A stretch of 64,000 nt of DNA from Prorocentrum cordatum (taxonomy: Eukaryota). Where the stretch lies: NCBI GenBank assembly GCA_963575745.1, contig CAUYUJ010000314.1, positions 310,001-374,000 on the forward strand, written 5' to 3'. Below, in pieces: positions 36,618 to 48,000 of the stretch (the stretch's first letter is position 1; every line of letters starts with the position of its first letter). Under the pieces are notes generated by a model. The model saw only the letters and a list, made by a program, of their open reading frames with translations. It was not told where the DNA came from and made no database searches. The position numbers and the translations under genes were made by a program.

Positions 36618-37168
36618 TCGTTCCCCTTCCACCCGTCTTCTCTTCCCTTGTTTTAGGGGCTGCACTATATGCACGTGGCAGGTAAGGAAGATATACCCCC
36701 AAGGGTGTACGATCGAAGATGACGATGGCGGATACCGAAGGTTTGGGATATAAGTATCGATTGGCACGCGAGCAGATCGGAGCGAGCAGTATTAAACTGA
36801 TTGTTATTGTTGTAGTTTGATAGCAAAACGAATATTTTTCGTTGACGTCCCCCTGCAGTGCCCAGTTTGTGTTCTCAATTGAGGTGGCCTTCCCTTGGGC
36901 TTGCACCCTTGGTTCTTAGAAAGGAAAGCCTTGAGCCTCCGACTGGGCTGCGGGCCCCCGAACTGCAACACCAACGAGGACATTCATTTCAAGACTGTTC
37001 GTTCCGATCTGCTCGCATTTCATCCAACACATATATCCCTTACCTTCGGTACCTGTCCTGTTCGTCTCCGATCGTTCTCTTTTGGGGGTATATATTCCTT
37101 ATCTGCCACGTGCATGTGGCGTACCCCTTAAAACAGGGGGAGACAGGACGGATGGAAGGGGGAACGAG
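36618..37168. mobile_element. Foldback/MITE-like structure with ~170-bp diverged inverted arms and a ~200-bp spacer
   Basis: 36618-36790 aligns with the reverse complement of 36993-37168, for example ATGCACGTGGCAG.TAAGGAA.ATATACCCCCAA and GCGAGCAGATCGGA.CGA.CAGT. Confidence 0.8.
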
Positions 37169-37671
37169 AAGGATGGAACACGAAAGCGATTCGCAGGAGG
37201 GGGGCTAGGAGCCAGAAAGCCCGTGGCAGAACAACAACAACGTCTCCCGCGTGCTACTTCCCCAGAGATTATTCAACATCGCGCTCTCGCGCGGGACGCC
37301 CTTACAATGTATTCAGGAATCGCGCCCTCGTGGGGCACTTCGTCGCAACGTCTTTATACGCCGCGCCCGCGACACTCAGGAATCACGCTATCGCTTTGGA
37401 TGTCCTCGCGATCTACTTGGGAATCGTGCTATCGCTCGAGATTTCCGCGCGATTAATGCAGGACTGGCGCTTCAGCGACCCGCCCCCTCGACCCCGCCGT
37501 CTGGGCCCGCCCGACCCGCCCGTTAGGGTCCGCCCGCCCGACCCGCCCGTCTGGGTCTGCCAGATGCTTTCTGCTCGTAACCCCCTCCTGCGAATCTTTC
37601 TCGCTCTCTCTATGTCTTTATCTCGTGCATCCCCGTGAAAAAAGTGTTTGGCAAAACTGGCACAGGGATGT

Positions 37672-39796
37672 AAGCCGAAACGATGTTGAACCAGACCAGG
37701 CGGGGCCCGTCGCATCAAGTCACAGCCGCCTGTCAATGTTACGGAAGAGCGTCTCGTCTGCGTTGCGCGGTGCATGTGAGCCATCCGACTGTGGGAACAA
37801 AGCCGCAAGGCAGAACGTGGAACCGCCCAGGCCAGCGGCCTTGTGAAGGATTTAACTTGGAAGAGCACCCGGGCATTGAGCGGCATCCGCCTCCCAATGC
37901 TGCTACCAGGCACGCAAGCCAAAGTACGGCATATCTGATCTGGCCCATGGTGCGCGCCTGCGCACGCTGCCAACAGTGAAAAGCGAAAATCACTGAATGA
38001 TCCTCTTTTGGCGTTGCCGTCTGCAGGTTGTTCAACGTGCTCGTCTTGTTGATTGTGTTATGACTTTGGGTGTGATCAACTCTTTGTGGCGGCAATTTCG
38101 TTATAGCGTCGGCAACCTCTGCCGCTCGGGCAGATTGAATGGGAAACGCGCGATCCTTGAGAAATAAAATGGCGCCTGGACGGCTGCCGTGGTCTGTCCT
38201 GGCTTCCCTGGGAGTGCAGGGGGGGGGGCGCGAGGGAAAAGAACATGAAGGTGCGAATAAGGAGGAAAACGAGGGGGGAGGGGCAGGAGGATTAGAAGGA
38301 GGAGACGAGTGAGGATCCTGATGATGTTTCGGCGGAGGAGCGAGAGCTAAGCGCCAAGCAGTACCCAGCGACGCGGCGAGAACGCATGTCGTCTTCGTCG
38401 TGGTCGCCGTGGTCGCCGTGGTCGCCATCGTCGTCGTGGTCGTCGTCGTCGTTGCCGTCGTCGTGGTTGTCGTCGTCGTCGTGGTCGTCGTCGTCCGCCG
38501 TTCCTGGCAATAACGGCTCCGTTCTGGGCCTGGGGCCCAGCCCCCGCCCGTCGCTGTCGGACGCAACTCCCTATTGAGCGGGAGCGGGTTCACTGTGAAA
38601 ATGCACTCGTGGCGGCAAATTGTCGATGTCTGGCGAAACTACTTAACGATTGGACGCGGGCGGGTTCACTGTGTAAATTCATGTGCGGGACGTGCTTCCC
38701 GTTGCCCAGGGACCCTACTTAACGATTGGGCGGTGGCAGGTGCGCACGGGGCGCACTTCGCACGGGGCGCACTTCGCACAAACTGGCGTGCCCTGGCGTG
38801 CCTTCTTTGCGATTTTTCCCGCGTTTCGCGCATGAGAAAAGATAACGGGAAGCATCAATCGTAAAATGGAAAAACAGTTTCAACTTTACGATGGATGTCT
38901 CCCGTCTCATTCGTTCACGCACCAAACGCGGACACAAAAACCAAACCGTAATGTGGGCACGCCCGGGTGCGCCACTTTACGCGAGGTGCGCTCTGTGGCT
39001 GAATTAGCACACTAAGTCCGCACCCGCCCGATCGTTAATTTGGATTACCGGGCAACCTAAACTGCATCCCGTGTGTGAATATACCCGGCAGAACCCACAC
39101 CCCGCCGGATCGTCGACGCGGTTCGTTGGACAGCGTCTCATTGGTCCCGCTGGTCTCGTCAGTCCCACGCGTCCCCCGAGCCTCACATGTCGCGCAAGTG
39201 TCACAAGCCCCGCAGGTCCCGCAGGTCCCACAGGTCGCGCAGACCCCGCGGCCCCCACAAGCCCTGCAGGCCCCGCGAGGCCCGCAGGCCTTGCAGGTCT
39301 TTACAGGGCTGGCGTTTCGCGCAGGTCCCACAGGTCTTACAGGCGCCCCGCAGCTCCCACAGGTCTCGCAGGTCGCGCAGGTCGCACACGTCCCAGAGGC
39401 CCCGCAAGACCCACCGATCCCGCAAGTCGTCCAGGTCCCGCGTGTCTCCGCAGGTGCCACAAGGCGCACAAGTCCCGCAGGGGAACGCGTCTCACACGTC
39501 CCGCAGGACCCACAGGGCGGCGCGCTAAAAGACGAGAGGGAATCGCGCAGAAACCCAACACTCACGCAGAATTGCCCATCCCCGCGAACAGAGTTTTTTT
39601 TTAACAAAAGACAGGCACGGAAGCCGAAACGATGTTGAACCAGACCAGGCGGGGCCCATCGCATCAAGTCACATCCGCCGGTCATTGTTACGGAAAAACG
39701 TTTCGTCTGCGTTGCGCGGTGCATGCGAGCCATCCGACTATGGGAACGAAGCCGCGAGGCAGAACGTGGAACCGCCCGCTCCAGCGGCCCTGTGAA
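37672..39796. repeat. Pair of ~175-bp direct repeats (37672-37847 and 39621-39796)
   Basis: AAGCCGAAACGATGTTGAACCAGACCAGGCGGGGCCC...GGCAGAACGTGGAACCGCCC is present in both. Confidence 0.85.
39140..39520. repeat. 9-bp minisatellite (GTCCCGCAG-like)
   Basis: Degenerate 9-mer periodicity. Confidence 0.85.
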
Positions 39797-39808
39797 ATAT
39801 TCGTTTGC

Positions 39809-39848
<40 letters not shown>

Positions 39849-40898
39849 CTTGTTGTTGTTCTTGTTGTTGTTGAACATTATTACTTCTAAAGAATAATTA
39901 TTGTTGGGACCCCTGGTGCACGGCCCCCTCGCCGCGCCTAGGCCGCAGCCATGTTTTCATCATTTTCGTGAGGAAGTCTCCGGCAAAACGGGTTGGTCCG
40001 GATCCGGTTGTTTTGTTCCCCCCCGCTTTCCCTGGCAAAAAACAATATAAAATGACATTTCTTGTTCTAAGATAACCACATTTCAAGAATCCATTGCAAA
40101 AAATAAGGTAAAGTGGACATTCGCGCGCGCAAGACGGAATCCTTCCAAAACCTGAGTGTTCGTAACGATTTTAACATAAAAACATAAAAACAAAAAACAA
40201 TGGTTTTTCAAAAAAAAAAAAAGTGTCAACATTTCATCCCGCGCGCTCTTGCGGATTTGTAGGAAACCCAACACTTTTTAAACATTTCTGTCAAACGGGC
40301 TTTTGCGAGCAACTTTTTCACGTGCTTCGAACTTCTCCAACAACGGTTGCGCACCTGCCAGGGCCATCATCCCTGTCAAATAATACCATGCGGGACACAT
40401 TCGTTTTTTCTTCGCGCGCGCACGCCGAAATCTTCAAAAACCATTGGGTTTCTTAGGAATTTTAGCACCGCGCAACATAAAATCATACGAATCGCACCGT
40501 AGGTCCTCGAAAAACATCTGTACGAATTTTCAAAATTTCTACCCGCGCGCGCTGTCCGAATCTTAAAAAACCAATGGTTTTTCAACATTTATGTTACACG
40601 AGCTCGCGCGAGCTACTGTTGGAACAGGGGGAAAAGTCGTATACTAAGCTAGCGTCCAGAAAATGTTACCACAACAAGTCACTGTACCCATGCGCCAGTG
40701 TAGTAGCCACGGTCGTCCGCAGGCCACGAAGTGAAGTGTCCGAACGTCATAGGGCGGGAAGCTGGGTGTGGGTGGTGGCGAAGAGTCGTTTGGAAATGTG
40801 GTAGAGCTTGAACCGGCCCCCCACAAAGTGGGGGTATTGGCGGGCGTCGTATGCAAACCCTGGCACTGGTGAGAACGGAGTGTCCCCACGTGCTAGTA

Positions 40899-40940
<42 letters not shown>

Positions 40941-40942
40941 GC

Positions 40943-40981
<39 letters not shown>

Positions 40982-41107
40982 GGTTGTTCTTGTTGTTGTT
41001 CTTGTTTTGGTGTGGAGCGGGCGCGGAGCCCCGCCCCCCCGAGGCCCCCTTCCGGGGGGGGTGTTGAGTTGCTGGTTGCTTGGGGGTTTCTGCATAGCAG
41101 TCGCCAA

Positions 41108-41680
41108 GGAACCCTTCGGGAATCGATGGGAAGTCTTCAGGAACCTTCAGGAATGCCTCGGGAATTTTCGGGAAACCTTAGAGACGACCCGGAATCCTCA
41201 GGGACTCCTCTGGAATCCTTTTGGGATCCCCAGGGATCCGAATAGGGAATCCCTAGGAATCCCCAGGGAAGCCTCCGTAACCTTTTCAGGAAGCCCGAGG
41301 AATCCTTCGGGAATCTTTTGGGATCCCCAGGGGATCATATAAAATCTTTCGGGGCTCCTTTTTGTGAATCTGCAGGGAATCCGTTGAAATCCTTGGGGGA
41401 TCTCTCGGAATCGTTAGAGCATCCTGTGGAATCCCTAGGGGATCCTTCGGAATCCCCAAGGATTCTTCAGGAATCCATCAGGAATCCTCAGGACCCCCTA
41501 GGGATCTTGAAGGATTCTCGAGGAAACCAATGCGAATCCTTGAGAAGCCTTTGGGATCCTTCGGGGATCAATTCGGATGCCCCGACTCCTGTAATCCTTA
41601 TTGGATCCATCGGAATCCTTAAAAAGCTGAGGAATCCGACAGGAACCTTCAGGGAACCTTCGGGAATCCTGTTTGGGACA
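41108..41680. repeat. Degenerate GGAATCC/GGATCC satellite
   Basis: Dense recurrence of GAATC and GGATCC. Confidence 0.85.
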
Positions 41681-42409
41681 TGCTAGGGGATGCGTAGGAA
41701 CGGCGGCACGATCGGCTTCACCAAAGCATGCGCTCAATAAGTGTGTGTCGTCCCGAATTCGGCGACGCGCGCGCCCAGAAATCTAGAGCATGTGCTCGGT
41801 GGCATGGGTTTCTGACCATACCGCTGGGGTAGCGATCTGCTACAGGATGGTTGCACTATATGGTCGGACGCACACCTCTAAGGAGGACACATGAGCAACG
41901 TAGAAAACGGGGTCGTCTTCACACTTACATTGGCTCGCAAACTGCCCGCGTCAGCTCGCGCGTGAGCGCCCTCGTCTCCAATGTGGCGCGCCGCGCTGGC
42001 GGCCCGCGTAAGCCGCCGTCTAAGGTCGCTATGCCATCTCGCAAAAAAACCTGTTGTAGATCGTCGCCCACATCGTCTAAATTAGCCGGAATGCAATATC
42101 CCCAAACAGGGTTTTTAAACGCACTGCTGTTTCCAAGGCCGATTGCGTGCCCGTCCAGTGCGGGCTGGCATGGCATGCTAGAACATGATAACATGATGTT
42201 TGCACATGAGAGGGCGGAAGGCAGGGCGCGCATGACGGATGCTGAGGCGGCAGAAACGACGACGGCGGGGACGGGGAGGCGGAGGCAGAGGCGCAGCAGC
42301 GGGAGGCGGGAAGAGGGAGGAGGGAGGAGGGAAGAGGAGCCAGGCGGGAAGCGGGAAGAGGGAGGCGGGAGAAGGAATGAGAGAGGTTGTGATTGGAACC
42401 CCTGTGCTA

Positions 42410-44400
42410 CGAAACGTCTCAGGTAGAACGGGCCAAACCATCTCGCGCTTAACATCTTCGAGCTTCGCATTGCGAGGATGGCTCAAGCGAAACGGGCCAG
42501 ACCACCTCGCGAGGGACATCTTGGAGCTCAGTATTTGAAGGATGTCTCAAACGAAACGGGCCGGACAACCTCTTGCACACGTTCTGACAAGTCCACGTCA
42601 CATTCGTTTCCCGTTAGGTCCTCTCCTGCAACTCCTTTCCTTCTCCCTCCTCCTCCTCCTTCTCCTCCTCCTCCTCCTCCCCCTCCTCCTGCCTGCTCCC
42701 TCATCCACATCCTCCTCCTCTTCCTCTTCCTCCTTCTCCCTTCCATCTCCTCCTCCTTCTCCTTCTCCCCCTCCTCTTCCTCCACCTCCTCTTCATCCCG
42801 AACGGCATCTCGGAGCCCAGAGTTGCGAGGATGCCTCCAGCGTAACGGGCTGGACCACCTCGCGCGCAGCATGTCGGAGCTCAGAGTTGCGACGATGTCT
42901 CGGGCGAAACGTGCTGCGAGGAAGTCTCAGGCGAAACGGGCCGGACCACCTCGAGCGCGGCGTCTCAGAGCTCCGAGTTGCGGGGGCCTCCTGGGGCCTC
43001 CTGGGCCTTCTGGGGACCTCCTGTGGCGTCCTCCTGGGCCTCCTGTGGCCTCCTGGACCTCACCTGGGGCTTCCTGAAGCCTCTTGGGGCTCCCAGGGGG
43101 GGATATCTAACATGTGGTGGCCGTCTGGGCTGGGCGGGCCACAAGAGCAGGAAAAATCAACGAATCGACACCGGATGTGGATTAACTTGACACGTTCTGA
43201 TAGGGGGCCTCCTGGGGCCTCCTGGGAGCCTCCTGGGAGTCTCCTGGGGACCCCTGGGGCCTGTCCTGGGCGTCCTTCGGCCTCTCCTGGGCGTCCTGTC
43301 TTGGGAGCCTCCTGGGGAGCTCTCTGGGGCAGGGTCCCAGGAGGGATATGTAACATGTGGTCTTCTGGGCCCCCAGGCTGGACCACCTCTTGCGCGGCAT
43401 CTGGGAGCTCAGAGTTGCGAATATGTCTTGTGCGTAACGGGCCGGACCACCTTGCGCACGGCATCTCAGAGCTCAGAGTTGCGAGGATGTCTCAGGCGAG
43501 ACGGGCCGGACCACCTCGCGCAGGGCATCTCAGAGCTCAGAGTTGCGAGGATGTCTCAGGTGAAACGGGCTGGACCACGTCGCGCGCGGCATCTGGGAGC
43601 TCAGAGTTGCGAGAATCTCTTGTGCGAAACGGGCCGGACCACCTTGCGCACGGCATCTCAGAGCTCAGAGTTGCGAGGATGTCTCAGGCGAGACGGGCCG
43701 GACCACCTCGCGCAGCATCAGAGAGCGCAGAGTTGCGAGGACGTCTCAGGTGAAACGGGCCGGACCACCTCTCACGCGGCATCTCGGAAAGCAAAAGTGC
43801 GAGGATATCTCAAGTGAAACGGGCCGGACCACCTCTTGGGCGGCATCTCGGGGCTCAGAGTTTGGAGGATGTCTCAAGCGAAACGGGCCGGACCACCTCT
43901 CGCGCAGCATCAGAGAGCGCAGAGTTGCGAGGGTGTCTCAGGCAAAACGGGCCGGATCACCTCGCGCAGGGCATCTCAGAGCTCAGAGTTGTGAGGATGT
44001 CTCAGGTGAAACGGGCTGGACCACGTCGCGCGCGGCATCTGGGAGCTCAGAGTTGCGAGGATGTCTCAGGTGAAATGGGCTGAACCACCTCTTGCGCGGC
44101 AGCTCAGAGCTCAGAGTTTCGAGGATGTCTCAGGCGAAACGGGCCAGACCACCTTGCGTGCGGCATCTGGGAGCTCAGAGTTTGGAGGATGTCTCAGGCG
44201 AAACGGGCCCGACCACCTCTCGCGCGGCATCTGGGAGCTCAGAGTTTCGAGGACGTCTTAGGCGAAACGGGCCGGACCACCTCTCACGCGGCATCTGGGA
44301 ACTCAGAGTTTGGAGGACGTCTCAAGCGAAACGCCCCATCCCGGACAGCTCAGAAACGAGAGTTGCGAGGATGTCCCAGGCGAAACGGCCCGGACCACCA
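42410..44400 (+). repeat. ~59-60-bp tandem repeat (CTCAGAGTTGCGAGGATGTCTCAGGCGAAACGGGCCGGACCACCTCGCGC..GGCATCT..GAG), interrupted by CCT and CCTGGG tracts
   Basis: About 17 contiguous units at 43378-44400, plus units at 42410-42580 and 42800-42985. Confidence 0.95.
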
Positions 44401-45050
44401 CATTTGTTTGAGGGCGTCTCTGCTTTGACTTCCTTCGGCCGGAGGTAGCTTCTATCAAAACAGCACCCCGTTCAGCGAGCTGCTTGGGGAATGATGTCCT
44501 TTTGCGTCCCAGCCCGAGGCGCCCACAGTGGGCGGCGCGGCCGTTGCCCCTGACGATGGCAGCGCCCCGGAGGCGCCGCGCGGCGTCGGCTGGCGTCGGT
44601 CGGCCAGCGTTGATCGGCCAGCGTGGGCTCGGCAGGTCCAGACCTCCTCGGGCCATCAAACATCGTGACGAGAGTTTTTTTTGGGACAGAGAGGCGACCA
44701 CGACATCGCTTGAGTGACCCGTGCAATCCGTGACAGGACGCGGCAGAGACGGACCGGTGATTTTATTTACAGCAACATCCCAGAAAAAAAAAACAAAACA
44801 GCAAACAAAAACATCGTGACGAGAGTTATGTTCTTCGAAGTGTGCTTGAGGGCCACATTCCAGAAAGAACTTCGAGCACCCCGAAAAGTATCGAAACAGT
44901 GTCTGCCCGACTCGTTGGCGAAACTTTGAACGAGTACCGCCTCCCAGGGCCCGATACGTGAAAACCATCCAGTTTCAGTGCTTGGTGCTCGAGATTCTTG
45001 ACGCTTCGCGGATCCCCACCAGCCACATCCTAAGCGACAAGCACTACGAG

Positions 45051-48000
45051 ATGTCGGAAGCGCGCTACGGAGACGGGTGGCCCGACCCAAACACCTTTGT
45101 CACCCCTGGGAATTTGTGGAGCAGGTGCACTGGATCTTCCTGGGACTCAAGTCACCGTGTGTATATTGAGCGAAGGCCCTGGCCAGGCTGGAGGCCCGTT
45201 CAACCCTTGGTATCCCAAGACGGTGTACGCTCACTCCCTGGTCTCGTGATCCCAGAAGACGCTTGCACGTGCCCACCACCTACCCTCTCTGGGACGACGA
45301 GCCAACGTACAACTGCCCTGGAGGTACCAGGTCCGACCCAGAGCAAATGAGGTCGCACCTGATGGACACACGTGAGGCTACACGGACGGGCCTCAGACAG
45401 TCCGACCTCGGTGGCGTGGCCAGAGCGCTAGCAAAATCGACCATCGGACCACCGCCTGCTGCGCCTGGGCAACCTACAGACGCCTCGGATGGACCTTTAC
45501 CTCCGCCCCCGCCGCCCCACCCTCCGCCCGCCTGGGACCAGCCCAACCAGCAGCGAAGGGTGATGCCGTCCAAGGAAGTAGATGCATCACCAGCAAGCCC
45601 GTCGGAGCAGCAGCTGGATGATTCGTTGGCACTGCAGGCGGCCGCCGACGTAGCCAGTCTCTACTCTGTGCCCCTGGACTCTCCGCCTTCCAGGGTCCAC
45701 CCCAAGGCGGCGCTAGGGGACCTGCCCGAGGCCGTTCGACTCCCCTCACAGTGGCCTTACTCTCTTCAGGATCGTGGGCAGACACTTCGGAGGATCGCCT
45801 GGGTGGAAAGCCAGGCCTCGGTCGAGACGGTGGACAACAGAAAAGACTCCACACGCGAAGACCTGGCCAGGAAAGGTAGCTGCGCGCTCGGCGTCCGCGT
45901 CACTAGGATCGACGCTAACTCGGACCTGGGCGACCTCGACACCTTCCGGCTACGCAACGCGCTGGACCTTCCAGAGGGCAAGGAACTCTACCTGCTGGAG
46001 TGGCCCTCTAAGTACAAAGTGGCATCCAGGACCCACGAGGGAGACAAGGAGGGCAAAGAACTGTACATTTCTGTCACGGGCCCCACAGTCGACAAGATTG
46101 CTGACGTCACGGTCTGGTGGCCCCCCTCCCTGGGCGGTGCCATCCACCCAAGAGACGCCCAAGTGCTCGGCCTCAGCCCGTCCACCAGGTACCCCTCCGA
46201 CAGGTGCGTAGTGCTGTACAACAGTGGAAAGTGGGGACCTTTCCACGAAGACGAGACCAAGGCGAAGCGCCCCCCAAACGAAGACGCCCCCTGGTATCGA
46301 GTAGACGAGGCCCCCTCCGACATCCAGTTCTGGCGCCAGTGTTGGGCTCTCGCCCAGATCTACCACCTCCGACAGAACGCCGCGGATCTGTTCGCCCGCC
46401 AGCTGTCTCCCCTGACGTTCCTCTTAGCCTTCTTGCACGCCCCACGTGCCGACCGACTCGCGGCCGACGACCTGAGGGGCACCAGCGCAGTGGGCTTGAA
46501 CCTGAGGGCCAGGGCTGCCGTCACCCTGGGCTGCGACGTTCCCGACGCCGACCACACTCAGGCTGTCCGATGCGGCCTCCTACAACAGGCACCCCCGCTT
46601 CCCCTGGGTTTGAAGGCTTTCTCCGATGACGAGATCTCGGACGCGACAGGTTCTGTCCTCCAGAGGGTGCGCCCCGCTCCCAGCCTGGATACCTTCCGCG
46701 ACAGGGTGGACAAACACAAGCCAAACAGCGACGCGATCAGGGCCCTTCAGGCCACCTTACCTCACCACGCCGTACTGGTGCACGGGCCCCCTGGGACAGG
46801 CAAGACCACCTTTTCTGTAGCTTGTCTGGACATGTGGGGATGCTGCCTGCGCCCGGGGCAAGCAGTTGCGTTGGCAGCCGGCTCGAACGCAGCGGTAGAC
46901 CAACCAGCCCTGGCGATGGCCGAAGCACATCGGCAGTGTCGTCTCGAAGTTCGTGCGCCTGGCAAGGAAGGAGCGCGTCAACGAGGCACTCGTCGACCTG
47001 ACACCTGGGGGCCATTACAAGAATGCCCGCGGGGAGTTCCCGTTCCAGGACGGGGGCAAGAGCCAGGACTTCAAGCCCTACAAGGCGAGCCTGCTACGAG
47101 ACGCCAGGGTAATCATGTCCACGCACGAGGCGGCCGAGGCCCTCGGACAGGAAGACAGCCCCCACATCGTCCTCCTGGTAATCGACGAGGCTGGGCAGGC
47201 CACGGAGCTTCACGCGCTCATGTCTATGGTAAACCTGGTCAACAGCGGCGGAGCCCTGGTCCTGGTGGGCGATCCGAATCAGTTGCCCCCCTACGGTTCT
47301 CTCCAAGCTTGCGAACGACCTGGGGCTCTGTGTTAGCATATTTGACAGGATGTTTCACGCGCTCCGCGGCCAAGACTCGGCTGTGGTCCACCTGTCGATC
47401 TGCTACCGCATGCGTCCGCAGCTACTCGCCTTTCCGAACGCAGCCTACTACGGCAAGGACATGACGTCTGGCATCATGAACCCGCTCAGGGACAGGCCCA
47501 TCGTTGAAGGCATCCCATGGAGAGACATCACACCCTGGGAACCCGGGCGACTGGCTGAGCTGGCCACTCTCACCGGTTCCGACGAGGACGACTTTCGCAC
47601 GACCCTCAAGCAGTTGGACCCTCCGCAAAACGGAGACAAGCACCGTTTCTTGCTGGTCGGCACACCCTCCTGGGAAGTAACGTTTAACCTCCAACCTGGC
47701 TGCGCCAACCTCCCCGAGGCAGCACAGGCCGTGGACATCGTGCGGGCACTCCTGCCCGAGCTCGAAAAAGGCACCACCGTCAGAATCGTTGTCGGCTACC
47801 AGCTCCAGACGGCCATCCTCGTGGATGGCTGGCCGCAGGGTCCCCGCCATCTGCGGTGTCCTGCGGAATTCCAAGGGTGGCAAGAAGGGGAGGTCAGGCA
47901 AAGGGAAAGGCAGCGTTGCTCGCGACGGACAAGACACCCCCGGCCCCGGACCCGACCCTCAAGAGCACACGGTGGACGTTCACCGGTGGGAAACCGTCCT

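Noticed and set aside
43378..44400. CRISPR array or repeat-protein gene
   Set aside because: The whole ~60-bp unit is conserved with no unique spacers, and 59/60-bp unit variation breaks reading frames.
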